A model generated the notes under the pieces. It searched no databases. It was not told where the DNA came from and was given only the letters and a program-made list of their open reading frames with translations. From an uncultured Chloroflexia bacterium (GTDB lineage: Bacteria; Chloroflexota; Chloroflexia; Thermomicrobiales; UBA6265), in assembly GCA_963724295.1 (NCBI GenBank), contig CAVRUC010000005.1:32001-96000 (forward strand): a stretch of 64,000 nucleotides of DNA, in the 5' to 3' direction. Positions 20,162-30,523 of this stretch are shown here, one piece after another (positions within the stretch are counted from its first letter, which is position 1; every line of letters begins with the position of its first letter). A program made the position numbers and the translations under genes.

Positions 20162-21625
20162 GTGGAAACCACAATCGACGAAGCGCTCGAGGCAGCCGGG
20201 GCGCTCGAGACTCCCGGTCTGCTCGAGGATTCCACCCCTCGTTCCGAAACTCTCGCACCAAAACCGATGACGCAGCGGCGCGTGCTATCGCTGGCCACGC
20301 CGATCATTGGCGAGAATCTGCTGCAGACGTTAGTCGGCGCTGTCGACACGTTCATGGTCGCGCGCCTGGGCTCGGCGGCAGTTGCCGGGGTTGGCACCGG
20401 GTTCGAGATCGTCTTTTTCATCATCTCGATCTTGTCGGCAATTGACGTCGGGGCGACGGTGCTCGTTTCGCAAGCAATCGGCGCCGGTGATCAGCGACGG
20501 GCTAACCAGCTCGCGCGGCAAGCGATCGTCTGGGGTCTGGTCCTGGCCGTCCCCGTGTCTATCGGCATCTACTTCGCCGCACCGGCGATCATCGGACTCT
20601 TCGGCACCGAGCCGGACGTCGCCGAGGCCGCCATCACCTACCTGGAGATTGTTGCGGCCACGAGCGTCGCCTTGTTCCTCTCATTCGTTTGCGGCGCCGT
20701 GCTGCGTGGCGCCGGCGACAGCCGTACTCCGCTCGCGGCGGCAGTGCTGGCCAACATCGTCAACATCATCGTGGCCTACTTGCTGATATTCGGGAACTTC
20801 GGCTTCCCCGCTCTCGGTGTCGCCGGTAGCGCGTTCGGCGCTGCAGCCGGGCGCGGCGCCAGTGCGGTCTATATGCTGGTGGTGATGGCTCGTGGCAGAA
20901 AAGCGATCTCGCTGCATGGCTCCTGGGGGTGGCGCCCGCACTTCACCACTGCTCGCCAACTCTTCGCGCTCGGTATTCCGGCTGCTGTCGAGCAGATGCT
21001 CTCCTCCGGCGCATTCATGGTTCTTCTCGCGGTCGTCGCTCTGATTGGAACACCGGCGCTCGCCGCCCAGCAGATCGCCTTCACCGCGCTTTCGACGGCG
21101 TTCCTGCCTGGGATCGCTTTCTCGATCACGGCGACCGCCCTGGTCGGCCAGAGTATCGGAGCGCGGCTGCCCTCCGACGCACGAAAGGCATGGAGCATCT
21201 CGCTGCGCTGGGCTCTGGTCTGGCTCGGCATCGGTGGTGTGCTTGTCTTCATCTTCAGCGAACAGCTCATGCGGATCTTCTCGTCCGACCCCGAAGTCAT
21301 CTGGTCAGGCGTCAGCTCGTTACACGCGCTCAGCATCGCTCTGCCGTTCTGGGCGGTCTGGTTCGTCAGCAGTGGCAGCCTTCGGGGAAGCGGCGACACG
21401 CGCACACCGCTCATCGTCGGGGCGTCGACGATGTGGCTATCCGTCTTACTGGCCTGGATTGGCGTGCGCTGGTTCGACGCCGGCATGGGTTGGGTCTGGA
21501 CTGGCTTCGTGCTGACCTCAGCACCCGCGTCGATCCTGGTCTGGTGGATCTTCCGTCAACGGATTACCGATTATGAACGCGGGCGCCGCGAGCTGCCTGA
21601 AGTGACCACCGCCCTCGGTCATTGA
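20162..21625 (+). CDS. MATE family efflux transporter
   Basis: VDTFMVARLG, LRGAGDSRTPL, LRGSGDTRTPL duplicated MATE halves. Confidence 0.9.
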   Translation: METTIDEALEAAGALETPGLLEDSTPRSETLAPKPMTQRRVLSLATPIIGENLLQTLVGAVDTFMVARLGSAAVAGVGTGFEIVFFIISILSAIDVGATVLVSQAIGAGDQRRANQLARQAIVWGLVLAVPVSIGIYFAAPAIIGLFGTEPDVAEAAITYLEIVAATSVALFLSFVCGAVLRGAGDSRTPLAAAVLANIVNIIVAYLLIFGNFGFPALGVAGSAFGAAAGRGASAVYMLVVMARGRKAISLHGSWGWRPHFTTARQLFALGIPAAVEQMLSSGAFMVLLAVVALIGTPALAAQQIAFTALSTAFLPGIAFSITATALVGQSIGARLPSDARKAWSISLRWALVWLGIGGVLVFIFSEQLMRIFSSDPEVIWSGVSSLHALSIALPFWAVWFVSSGSLRGSGDTRTPLIVGASTMWLSVLLAWIGVRWFDAGMGWVWTGFVLTSAPASILVWWIFRQRITDYERGRRELPEVTTALGH

Positions 21626-21634
21626 ACCGGCTCT

Positions 21635-22408
21635 TCACCACCACCCATACGGCACATTACGTCTCGGATTGAGCGCGGGGTAACACCCTTGACTAGCAAA
21701 CCTGGAGATCCTCTCCAGGAGAGCCTCGATCTCTCTGCGGTCTATCACATCGGCGAGCGTGTCGCGCAGCTCCTCGCCCCGGTCGCGCAGTTCCGACAGC
21801 TCTCGCCGCAACGACGGAGAGATTGGTTCGCCAACGAATTGCCAGAGGACGGTTCGCAGTTTTGGCTCGCGGTTGAACGTCAGGCCGTGATCGATGCCCC
21901 ACACTTTACCAGTCGCGTCCCGCAGGCAATGGCTGATCTTCCGGTCGGCGTTGTTGACGATGTGATCGAAGAGGACCATCCGTTCGATGGCCGGGTCGCG
22001 GCTGCTCCAGAAGTCGTGGCGGTCCTGGCGGTCGCCTTCCGGTTGAACGTAGAGCTGCACGCTGCCGATGCCGTGCGGACCATTGCGGACAATGGTTGGT
22101 GGAACAAGGTCCCACCCGGCCCAGCGGCTAAACAGGTAGGCGGCCAACTCCCGCAGGTAGAGCGTGCCCTCCGGGAAGTCGTAGAGCGGCGCCTCTCCCG
22201 CGCGAGGCTTGTAGATGGCGAGCTGACTGCGGCCGTCCGGTGCATCGAGTGCTACCGCGAACGAGTAGTTCGATCCCCAGGGGATGAGGCGCGACGCACT
22301 GAACTCGGCGTTGCTCAGGAGTTCGAGTGCGTCGTCTTCCGACAAGGCGGCCGGTGTTTGCTCCCCGCCACCCGATTCATCTCGCAGTTCGAGAAACAAA
22401 TCGGGCAT
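21635..22408 (-). CDS. SCO1664-family protein (PI3/PI4-kinase-like)
   Basis: WGSNYSF, IYKPRAGEAPLYDFP, RELAAY, NNADRKISH, GIDHGLTF. Confidence 0.85.
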   Translation of the reverse strand: MPDLFLELRDESGGGEQTPAALSEDDALELLSNAEFSASRLIPWGSNYSFAVALDAPDGRSQLAIYKPRAGEAPLYDFPEGTLYLRELAAYLFSRWAGWDLVPPTIVRNGPHGIGSVQLYVQPEGDRQDRHDFWSSRDPAIERMVLFDHIVNNADRKISHCLRDATGKVWGIDHGLTFNREPKLRTVLWQFVGEPISPSLRRELSELRDRGEELRDTLADVIDRREIEALLERISRFASQGCYPALNPRRNVPYGWW

Positions 22409-22410
22409 CC

Positions 22411-24486
22411 TTAGAAATCTCTCCAACTGATCCCGGTACCCTCGGTCAGCTGACGGAGCAGCGCCTCAGGATCGTGCACCGGCGGCAGGCAGGCGAAGTG
22501 CTCGCAGACATAGGCCGTGGCGCGTCCATCCCGCGATGGACGATCTTGCAGGAACGGCAAGCGCGCCACAAGGTCGCTTCGATCCTGATCCACATACCCC
22601 GCGATGACGTTTGGTTCGAATTCGTCGTAAAGCACATTCAGCAAGGCTTGCAGCTCGGAGCTTTCGCGGTCCCCGGCCAGGGCGACCTCCTTGACCGGTC
22701 CCAGATAGAAATCGACCGCACCAAGATAACGACCAGCAGCCAGCGGGTGTTCACGCATCGTGCTGGCCATCGCTCGCAGCAGCTCGCTCGCGCGACCGGA
22801 ATAGTCCTCGTTACCGGTCATTGCGCCTAGTCGCAGGAGCACCTCCGCCGCGACCGAGTTGCCGGAAGGCGTCGCCCCGTCATGAAGATCTCGCGGTCGC
22901 GCCACGGGGGTCTCGTGGCTGGCACTCGTGTCGAAGAAACCGGCGCCGTCCGGGTCGGCGAACTCCGCCACCATCACGTCCGCGAGGCGCATCGCCTCAT
23001 CCAGCCATCGCGCGTCGAGCGTCGCCTGGTAGAGAGCGAGGAGACCGTCAATGAAGAAGGCATAGTCCTCGAGGAAGCCGCCAATGCGAGCGTCGCCGTC
23101 TTTCCAGCTGCGAAGAAGGCGGCCGTCCCGCTGGAGATGCTCGAGCACGAATTCGGCGTTCCTCTCGGCTACACCGCGAAAGTCGTCCCGATCGAGAATA
23201 CGTGAACCGTCGGCGAACGCTCGCAGCATGAGCCCGTTCCAGGAGGCTATGACTTTCTCATCCCGACCCGGTCGTTCTCGTTGCGCCCTGACTTCGAGCA
23301 ATCGCTGCCTGATGCGAACGAGCGATTCCATCAGTGCTTCTTCGCTGATTCCAAGGCGGTCGGCAACATCGGCGGCAGTGCGCGGGACGGCCAGGACCGT
23401 GCGCCCTTCGAAGTTGCCGGCAGGCTCCACGTTGAACCATCGCTTGGCGATCGCGGCATCCTCCTCGCCCAGCGCCTCGTCCAGCTCCTCGGCCGTCCAG
23501 GTGTAAAAGAGCCCTTCGTGTCCAGCGGTATCGGCATCGAGGGTGGCATAGAAACCACCGTTCGGATCGGTCAGCTCCCGCGCGACGAAGTCGAGCGTCT
23601 CTTCGGCCACCTTTCGGTACCGGTCTTCGCCATAGGCCTGGGTTCCGGCAAGGTACACCGAGGCGAGTTGGGCATTGTCGTAGAGCATCTTCTCGAAGTG
23701 GGGTACCAACCAGATGGCATCGACGGCATAGCGGTGAAAACCGCCGCCAATCTGATCGTAAATACCGCCGCTCGCCATGCGGTCGAGTGTGCGCTGCACC
23801 ATGATCGCTTCCCGCCCGCCACCGCCACGCTTATCCTGCCGTAGCAGGAATTCGATCGCGGCTGGCTGGGGAAACTTCGGGGCTCCCCCGAATCCACCAT
23901 TGCGGGAATCAAATGACTGGGCGAGTTGCTCGGAGGCCTCGGCCAGAAGCTCCGGGGTGAGGTCATCGGGTTTTGGCAGTTCTTTCGTTGCTCGCTGCAG
24001 AAGGCCGCGGATCTGCTGGGCGTTCTCTTCGACCTCCTCCCGGCGCTCCTTGAATGCGCTCGCCACCGCTTCCAGTACTTTCGGGAAGCCAGGCATCCCC
24101 ATCCGGTCATCAGGCGGGAAATAGGTCCCTCCGTAAAACGGCGTTCCATCCGGTGTGAGGAAGACGTTGAGCGGCCAGCCGCCGTGCCCGGTCATCGATT
24201 GCACCGCCGACATGTAGAGCGAATCGAGATCCGGGCGCTCCTCTCGGTCAACCTTGATGTTGACGAAGAGGTCATTCATCGTCGCCGCGATCTCCTCGTT
24301 CTCGAACGACTCGTGCTCCATCACGTGGCACCAGTGGCAGGCGGAGTAACCCACACTGACCAGGATCGGTTTGTCCTCTTCGCGGGCCTTGGCCAGCGCT
24401 TCGTCTCCCCACGGGTACCAGTCGACGGGATTCTCGGCATGCTGGAGCAGGTATGGACTCGTTTCGGAAGCCAGGCGATTGGGCAC
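22411..24486 (-). CDS. YyaL/SSP411 thioredoxin-domain protein
   Basis: [42 protein letters not shown]. Confidence 0.92.
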   Translation of the reverse strand: MPNRLASETSPYLLQHAENPVDWYPWGDEALAKAREEDKPILVSVGYSACHWCHVMEHESFENEEIAATMNDLFVNIKVDREERPDLDSLYMSAVQSMTGHGGWPLNVFLTPDGTPFYGGTYFPPDDRMGMPGFPKVLEAVASAFKERREEVEENAQQIRGLLQRATKELPKPDDLTPELLAEASEQLAQSFDSRNGGFGGAPKFPQPAAIEFLLRQDKRGGGGREAIMVQRTLDRMASGGIYDQIGGGFHRYAVDAIWLVPHFEKMLYDNAQLASVYLAGTQAYGEDRYRKVAEETLDFVARELTDPNGGFYATLDADTAGHEGLFYTWTAEELDEALGEEDAAIAKRWFNVEPAGNFEGRTVLAVPRTAADVADRLGISEEALMESLVRIRQRLLEVRAQRERPGRDEKVIASWNGLMLRAFADGSRILDRDDFRGVAERNAEFVLEHLQRDGRLLRSWKDGDARIGGFLEDYAFFIDGLLALYQATLDARWLDEAMRLADVMVAEFADPDGAGFFDTSASHETPVARPRDLHDGATPSGNSVAAEVLLRLGAMTGNEDYSGRASELLRAMASTMREHPLAAGRYLGAVDFYLGPVKEVALAGDRESSELQALLNVLYDEFEPNVIAGYVDQDRSDLVARLPFLQDRPSRDGRATAYVCEHFACLPPVHDPEALLRQLTEGTGISWRDF

Positions 24487-24591
24487 AGTGACTCGCTTTC
24501 TTCTGCACGCAGTTCATGGCCGGCGGCGGTACGTGCCCGTCCCCGAGCCCTCGCTACAATGGTGGCACAGGGCGACCACTGGAGGATGTAC

Positions 24592-25476
24592 GTGTCCGAT
24601 ATTTCCAACGCTGCACAAGACGACGCGCTCGCCGGGGCGAATCCCCTTGCCGAGGTGTGCATCGCCTTCGTCGGCGCCGGCGTGATGGCCGAATCGATGA
24701 TCGCGGGGCTCCTCAAAAAGGCACTGATTTCAGCGACCCAGGTAATCGCCAGTCATCCTCGGGAAGATCGGCTCCGGCGGCTCGAGGAGCGGTTCGGCAT
24801 CCGCACCACGGAAAGCAATATCGAGGCCGCGCTTGGCGCGGATCTGGTTGTCCTCACGATCAAGCCACAGGTGCTGCAGGCGGTGATGCGCCAGTTGTCA
24901 GGCTCGCTCTTACCGCAGCAGGTGGTGGTGTCCGTTATCGCCGGCGCGCCGATCGAAGTCCTGGTGGCCGGTCTCGGCCATCAAGCCGTCGCGCGGGTCA
25001 TGCCGAACACCCCGGCTCAGGTCGGCCAGGCGATGAGCGTCTGGAACACAACACCGGGCGTGACCGAAATGCAGCGGTTGCGGGTTCAGGCCGTGCTCAG
25101 CGCGCTCGGTGAGGAACTGTGGGTCGAGGAGGAGAAATACGTCGACATGGCCACGGCCCTTTCCGGGACGGGTCCGACATACGTCTTCCTGATGATGGAA
25201 GCGCTGATCGACGCCGGGGTGCATATGGGTTTCCCGCGTCGCATCGCCGAACAGATCGTCTTGCAAACAGTTTCGGGTTCGGTCGCCTTCGCGCGGGACT
25301 CTGGTAAGCACATGGCTGAGCTTCGGAACATGGTGACGTCACCAGGGGGCACCTCGGCCGAGGCGATCTATCAGATGGAGAAAGGTGGACTGCGCACCGT
25401 ATTGTCGCGGGCCGTTTATGCCGCCTATCAACGCACACAGGTGCTCGCCGGTCGCGAACGCCAGAATCTCGAGTAA
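24592..25476 (+). CDS. proC: Pyrroline-5-carboxylate reductase
   Basis: FVGAGVMA, RVMPNTP, TALSGTGP, VTSPGGTS; GGAGG RBS before GTG 24592. Confidence 0.93.
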   Translation: MSDISNAAQDDALAGANPLAEVCIAFVGAGVMAESMIAGLLKKALISATQVIASHPREDRLRRLEERFGIRTTESNIEAALGADLVVLTIKPQVLQAVMRQLSGSLLPQQVVVSVIAGAPIEVLVAGLGHQAVARVMPNTPAQVGQAMSVWNTTPGVTEMQRLRVQAVLSALGEELWVEEEKYVDMATALSGTGPTYVFLMMEALIDAGVHMGFPRRIAEQIVLQTVSGSVAFARDSGKHMAELRNMVTSPGGTSAEAIYQMEKGGLRTVLSRAVYAAYQRTQVLAGRERQNLE

Positions 25477-25480
25477 CCGA

Positions 25481-26392
25481 TCACCCCTCCCGAAAGGGGA
25501 GTCGGGTCGTCAATCCGTCGCGTCCAATTTCTGCCCCCGCAAAGATGCTGGTGGCATTCGCCGCGAACTCCGCCGGGTCTTCCAACGCCGGGCTGAAGTG
25601 GGTGATCCAGAGACCTCGTGCGCGGGCATCCCGGGCAAGTGTTGCCGCCTCCCGAAAAGTCATGTGCCGGTTGCGCACGGCTTTGGCGCCATCGTCGTCA
25701 CTCCCGTAGGTTCCTTCGCAGACCAGGAGATCCACCCCGCCCAGAAACCGCGCCAGCGGCGGCACCGGGCGGGTATCCGTGACATAGGCTACGGACAGCC
25801 CGGGACGTGGGGGCCCCAGCACCGCGTCAGCAGCCGCATGTCCACCATCCCACGACACGGGCTCGCCCGCCTGCAGCTGGCTCCAGAGTCCCAGCGGAAC
25901 GCCCAGCGCACGTGCTCGTTCGGGCAGGAAGGCCCTGCCACGAGCGAGATCAACGCGATAGGCAAGGACCGGCAACGCGTGGTCCCCTGGTTCGCAGCAC
26001 CCAGTAAGTCCGCCCGGCAGCGGGAAGCAATCGCCACCCTGCAACTCCGCAACTCGAACCTCGAACGGCAATACCGGGGCGATGACGCGCAGCGCCCGCA
26101 CGACGTCGCCGGCGCCGCCAGGCCCGAAAACGTCGAGAGGCTCCGTTCGACCCGCGTTAGCGACCGCATGCAGCAGTCCCGGCAACCCCGCAATATGGTC
26201 AGCGTGCGTGTGGGAGATGCAGATAGCCCCGAGGCGCCGGAATCCCCAACCTGATTCCCGCCAGGCGACCTGAGTGCCCTCGCCGCAATCGAAGAGTGTC
26301 AGATACCCATTGACCCGAACGAGAAGACTGGAGAGCCAGCGACCAGGCAACGGCATCATTCCACCAGTCCCCAGCAAGACGGCTTCAATCAT
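25481..26392 (-). CDS. rnz: Ribonuclease Z
   Basis: LGTGG, FDCGEGTQ, SHTHADH, exosite arm, TDTRP, CEGTY, THFS. Confidence 0.9.
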   Translation of the reverse strand: MIEAVLLGTGGMMPLPGRWLSSLLVRVNGYLTLFDCGEGTQVAWRESGWGFRRLGAICISHTHADHIAGLPGLLHAVANAGRTEPLDVFGPGGAGDVVRALRVIAPVLPFEVRVAELQGGDCFPLPGGLTGCCEPGDHALPVLAYRVDLARGRAFLPERARALGVPLGLWSQLQAGEPVSWDGGHAAADAVLGPPRPGLSVAYVTDTRPVPPLARFLGGVDLLVCEGTYGSDDDGAKAVRNRHMTFREAATLARDARARGLWITHFSPALEDPAEFAANATSIFAGAEIGRDGLTTRLPFREG

Positions 26393-26537
26393 TCAGGGCG
26401 CCCGTGCACGTCTGGAGTCAACACGATGCAAGCATAGCGACCGCGGAATTCACGCTCTCGCCGGGTGATCGTGGGTTGCCCGGACGCGCGCGTAATCGGT
26501 AAACTACCTGTGCCTCGCTCGCAAGAGATCGGCCTCC

Positions 26538-26996
26538 ATGCAGCGCCTCGTTGCCCAACCGCCGACAACGTTTCGGATCGTCCTGCCGCTACCGCCCGGA
26601 GTGAATAATCAGTACGTCAGCGTTGGCCGGCGGAGGGTTCTCAGCGCGCCAGCAAAAACGTTCAATCGCGACGTCGCCAAATTGATCGCGGCGCAGCGAA
26701 CCAGCGGTCAGCTGTCGACGGCGATTGAGCAGGCGCTGGCGAACTCGCTGCTCGGTGTGTACCTCGTGTATTTTTTTCAGACGCCGCACCGGAGGGATCT
26801 CGACGGCGGCCTCAAGATTTGCCTGGATGCCCTGGCGCGGACAATCGGTTTCGACGACCGAGCGGTCGTCGATCTCCATCTTTCGAAAAAGATCGACCCG
26901 CTTCGTCCGAGAGTCGAAATCGACATCGAGACGATCTCGGCATGGGAGTTCGATCAGACGTATCTCTACCTCGGTCACGAGTCCCCGGACGCCTGA
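26538..26996 (+). CDS. rusA: RusA-family Holliday junction resolvase-like protein
   Basis: LPPGVNN, RRDLDGGLK..LDAL, FDDRAV. Confidence 0.75.
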   Translation: MQRLVAQPPTTFRIVLPLPPGVNNQYVSVGRRRVLSAPAKTFNRDVAKLIAAQRTSGQLSTAIEQALANSLLGVYLVYFFQTPHRRDLDGGLKICLDALARTIGFDDRAVVDLHLSKKIDPLRPRVEIDIETISAWEFDQTYLYLGHESPDA

Positions 26997-27044
26997 CCCA
27001 GCCGAGTTGCGTTGGAGAGACGCGAATAACACTTAGGAGCGTGG

Positions 27045-28637
27045 ATGAAGGTTTCAGCACTTCCAACGGTCGCCCCAACCGGGGAGAACGGAACCACCGG
27101 CCATGGCTTCGACACGGTCGTTGTGCTCGATTTCGGCAGCCAGTACAGCCAGCTGATTGCGCGGCGTATTCGCGAGGCGGGCGTCTACAGCATCCTCCTG
27201 CCGTGGGACACGAGTTGGGAGGAGATCGCGCGCCTGCAGCCGAAAGGCATCATCCTCTCCGGTGGCCCGGCAAGTGTCTATGACGAGGGAGCCCCCTCAT
27301 TGCCCGCCTGGGTTCTGCGCGAAGAGGTTCCCGTACTCGGCATCTGCTATGGCATGCAGTTAATTGCGAACGCTCTCGACGGTGGTGTCGAGCCGGCGGC
27401 CCGCCGCGAATATGGCCCGGCGAAAATCGAGGTGACACAGCCATCCCCCCTCTTCAGGGATCTGCCCGCATCACTTGACGTCTGGATGAGCCACGGCGAC
27501 CACGTCACGCGCCTGCCAACCGGCTATGTTGGGATTGCAAGCTCGAGCAACGCTCCAATTGCCGGGATGACCGACGGCCGGCGCTACGGCATCCAATTCC
27601 ACCCCGAAGTCGCGCACACTCCGCTCGGCCGCGACTTGTTGCGCAATTTCCTGATCGACGTCTGCCATTGCCGGGCCGAGTGGACCGCCGAGCACTTCAT
27701 CGATAACGCCATTGAGCAGATCCGGGAGACGGTCGGCGCTGGCCGGGTGCTTCTCGGGCTCAGTGGTGGTGTCGATTCGTCGGTAGCGGCCGCCCTCATC
27801 CACCGCGCGATCGGGGAGCGCTTGACCCCGGTCTTTGTCGACAACGGCCTCTTGCGCCTCGGCGAGGCCGACCTGGTACGCGATGTCTTCGGTCGCGCGT
27901 TTGGCATGAATCTGGTCTTTGTCGATGCCAGCGAGCGATTTCTCAACCGACTCGAGGGCGTCGCCGATCCTGAGGAGAAACGAAGGATCGTCGGCGACGA
28001 GTTCATTCGGACCTTCGAGGCGCAGGCGGATCTCCACGGACCGTTCGATTTTCTGGCCCAGGGCACACTCTATCCCGATGTTATCGAAAGCACCGCGCCG
28101 GACACCAAATCGGCGATGAAGATCAAGACTCACCACAACGTCGGCGGTCTCCCCACCGACCTCACGTTTTCCCTCGTGGAGCCTCTTCGCTATCTCTTCA
28201 AGGACGAAGTGCGCGAGGTCGGTCGCGCGCTCGGACTGCCCGCGGAAATCGTCGATCGCCAACCCTTCCCGGGGCCTGGTCTGGCGGTGCGCATCATTGG
28301 CGACGTCACGAGGGACGATCTCGATCTGCTACGTCGCGCGGATGCCGTGGTGCGCGAAGAGGTCGACGCGTTAGGAGACGACCCGCGGGTCTGGCAGTAC
28401 TTCGCGGTCCTCTTGCCGGTTCGCACTGTCGGGGTGATGGGAGACTACCGAACGTACGGTCGCGTTTGCGCGGTCAGGGCGGTCACCTCGGAGGACGCTA
28501 TGACCGCCGATTGGGCACGCCTCCCCTATGACGCCTTGGCTCGCATCAGCAACCGCATCGTCAACGAGGTACACGGCATTACCCGGGTCGTCTATGACAT
28601 CTCATCCAAGCCACCCGCAACGATCGAGTGGGAATAG
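27045..28637 (+). CDS. guaA: GMP synthase (glutamine-hydrolysing)
   Basis: [42 protein letters not shown]. Confidence 0.97.
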   Translation: MKVSALPTVAPTGENGTTGHGFDTVVVLDFGSQYSQLIARRIREAGVYSILLPWDTSWEEIARLQPKGIILSGGPASVYDEGAPSLPAWVLREEVPVLGICYGMQLIANALDGGVEPAARREYGPAKIEVTQPSPLFRDLPASLDVWMSHGDHVTRLPTGYVGIASSSNAPIAGMTDGRRYGIQFHPEVAHTPLGRDLLRNFLIDVCHCRAEWTAEHFIDNAIEQIRETVGAGRVLLGLSGGVDSSVAAALIHRAIGERLTPVFVDNGLLRLGEADLVRDVFGRAFGMNLVFVDASERFLNRLEGVADPEEKRRIVGDEFIRTFEAQADLHGPFDFLAQGTLYPDVIESTAPDTKSAMKIKTHHNVGGLPTDLTFSLVEPLRYLFKDEVREVGRALGLPAEIVDRQPFPGPGLAVRIIGDVTRDDLDLLRRADAVVREEVDALGDDPRVWQYFAVLLPVRTVGVMGDYRTYGRVCAVRAVTSEDAMTADWARLPYDALARISNRIVNEVHGITRVVYDISSKPPATIEWE

Positions 28638-28763
28638 GCGCCTGCTGCTCGCGGCTGGTTGGACCGCTACTGGTACCATGATGTCTGTGATTCGACCGGG
28701 GCGACATTAAACCGATTAGCCCGACAATCGTGAGCCGCCGGCCTCGGAGTAAAGAGGATTTTG

Positions 28764-29318
28764 ATGACGGATACTGCGCCACAGGTCACCGTTTACACCA
28801 CCAACACCTGACCATGGTGTGATAGAGCTAAGGAGTTCCTTAGCCGAAACAAGGTTCCCTTCGTCGAGAAGGACGTCGCCAAGGACTACCAGGCGGCGAT
28901 GGAGATGATTCGCGTCAGCGGCCAGCAAGGCGTGCCGGTCACCGTCGCCAATGGCGATGTCATCCTGGGATTCGACCAGCGGAAATTCGCGAAGCTGGCA
29001 GAAAAGTTTGCCGGACCGAAACGCCCACCTCTCGGTATCCTGGCCGCGGACGCGGAAGAGTACCTGGCCAAACATCCGGAGAAGGCAGAGAAGGTTCCCG
29101 CCGGGACCAAGGGCGTCTATGTCGGCAAAGTCCGACCAAAGACCGTGGCGGCGGGCGGCGGTCTCAAGCCGGGAGACATCATCACCAGCTTCGCGGGGAA
29201 ACGGGTGCGGACCATGACCGCGCTCGACCAGATGGTGGAAACCCTCAAGCCCGGGGATCAAGCGACCGCCAAGTACATCCGGGACGGAGAGAATCAGTCG
29301 ATCGTTCTCCAATTCTAG
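28764..29318 (+). CDS. Selenocysteine-containing glutaredoxin-like (UPWC) domain fused to a PDZ domain, 184 aa
   Basis: AAGAGGA RBS, ATG 28764; MTDTAPQVTVYTTNT-[TGA 28809-11]-PWCDRAKEFL... in frame with ORF 28899-29318; GVP cis-Pro and ILGFD glutaredoxin motifs; C-terminal GVYVGKV..GLKPGDII..IRDG PDZ. Confidence 0.85.
28827..28844 (+). promoter_or_regulatory. Putative bacterial SECIS hairpin
   Basis: GCTAAGG-AGTT-CCTTAGC perfect 7-bp stem starting 15 nt after the in-frame UGA; GU in the apical loop. Confidence 0.7.
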
Positions 29319-29372
29319 CCGTGCTTCCAGACAGTCGCCCCTGGCTCAATTGCGGCTCGGAGCTGGGCTGAA

Positions 29373-29843
29373 ATGGAGTCCCTGAGCGAACTCGAAGCTA
29401 TCCAGCGAATGGCGCTGGCCATGGTGGTCGGTGCCATTCTGGGGATCGAGCGCGAACGTCTCGACCGGCCGGCCGGTTTGCGCACCTACATGCTGGTGGT
29501 CGAAGGCGCGTGCCTGTTCATGATCTGCGCCATCTTGCTCTCCGAGCAAGTTGCCAGGGCCGGAGGAATCTCGGATCCCAGTCGCATCGCGTCGACCGTC
29601 GTGCAGGGCATCGGATTCATCGCCGCTGGTGTGATTCTCACTACTGGCAAACAAGTGATCGGACTGACGACTGCTGCCGGTCTCTGGGTGGCGACAGCGC
29701 TGGGGCTTTTGATTGGCGCGGGATTCTATAGCGTCGCCGTCGTTGCCACCGTGGCAACCTTGGTTGCCCTCGTTCTGCTAAGACGCGTCGAGCTCCGTTT
29801 TCTCGGCAGCAAGTCAGGCGGCGACGAAGATTCGTCAGAGTAA
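29373..29843 (+). CDS. MgtC/SapB-family membrane protein (short form)
   Basis: GIERE..PAGLRTYMLV, DPSRIASTVVQGIGFI, GLTTAAGLW. Confidence 0.9.
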   Translation: MESLSELEAIQRMALAMVVGAILGIERERLDRPAGLRTYMLVVEGACLFMICAILLSEQVARAGGISDPSRIASTVVQGIGFIAAGVILTTGKQVIGLTTAAGLWVATALGLLIGAGFYSVAVVATVATLVALVLLRRVELRFLGSKSGGDEDSSE

Positions 29844-29866
29844 CGCTGTAGGCACGGAGCTCGCAG

Positions 29867-30523
29867 TTAGCGCTCTAGCCAGTCTTCTTCGAGGGCCCGC
29901 AGTCGATCCGGATCGAGCTTTGGAGTCTCATAGTCGCCCGCGGCGGTTCTCTGCCGAAATGCCTCATAGAGGCAGACGGCGCAGGCAACAGAGACGTTCA
30001 AGCTCTGCACCATGCCGGCCATCGGGATCTGAATTGCCCCGTCGGCCAGGTTTCTAGCCTCCGCGGACACTCCTCGCATCTCGTTGCCCAGTACCAACGC
30101 AATTGGCTGTCTGAGATCCCAGTCGTAGAGGGGACGAGATTCAGGCCCGATGCTCGTGACCAGGATGGAGAATCCTTCCTCCCTCAGAAGCCGGTAACAC
30201 TCGGCAAGCGAGCCATGTCTCTCGACCTCCACCCATTTCGCGGCACTTGCCGAGGTTTGGCGTGCAAACGCGCCTGGTGGTGGCTCTTCAATGCTGTAGA
30301 CGGCGTGCGCGCGCAGCACACCAACGCCATCACAAGAGCGGAGAATGGCGCTCACGTTGTGCGGGTCGTGGACGTTCTCGAGCACGACTGTCAGGTCCGG
30401 CTGCCGTCGCGCGAGGACGGACCGGATGCGCGCCTGCCGTCTCTCTGTTCGCGGCCATCGGTCATGCTTCAGCGGCTGGCTCCTGGATAGTGCTTGCCGG
30501 TCAGCGGCTTCAGGCGCGGTCAC
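29867..30523 (-). CDS. trmH: tRNA (Gm18)-2'-O-methyltransferase, SpoU family
   Basis: RQPDLTVVLENVHDPHNVSAILRSCD, GNEMRG, IPMAGMVQSLNVSVA; GTG 30523 overlaps the upstream stop. Confidence 0.88.
   Translation of the reverse strand: MTAPEAADRQALSRSQPLKHDRWPRTERRQARIRSVLARRQPDLTVVLENVHDPHNVSAILRSCDGVGVLRAHAVYSIEEPPPGAFARQTSASAAKWVEVERHGSLAECYRLLREEGFSILVTSIGPESRPLYDWDLRQPIALVLGNEMRGVSAEARNLADGAIQIPMAGMVQSLNVSVACAVCLYEAFRQRTAAGDYETPKLDPDRLRALEEDWLER

Noticed and set aside
23926..24591. Apparent 220-aa N-terminal extension of ProC
   Set aside because: It is antisense to yyaL; an RBS and TACAAT box support a start near 24592
28560..28760. Genomic island integrated at the guaA 3' end, a known hotspot
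   Set aside because: No integrase, att duplication or compositional shift follows guaA
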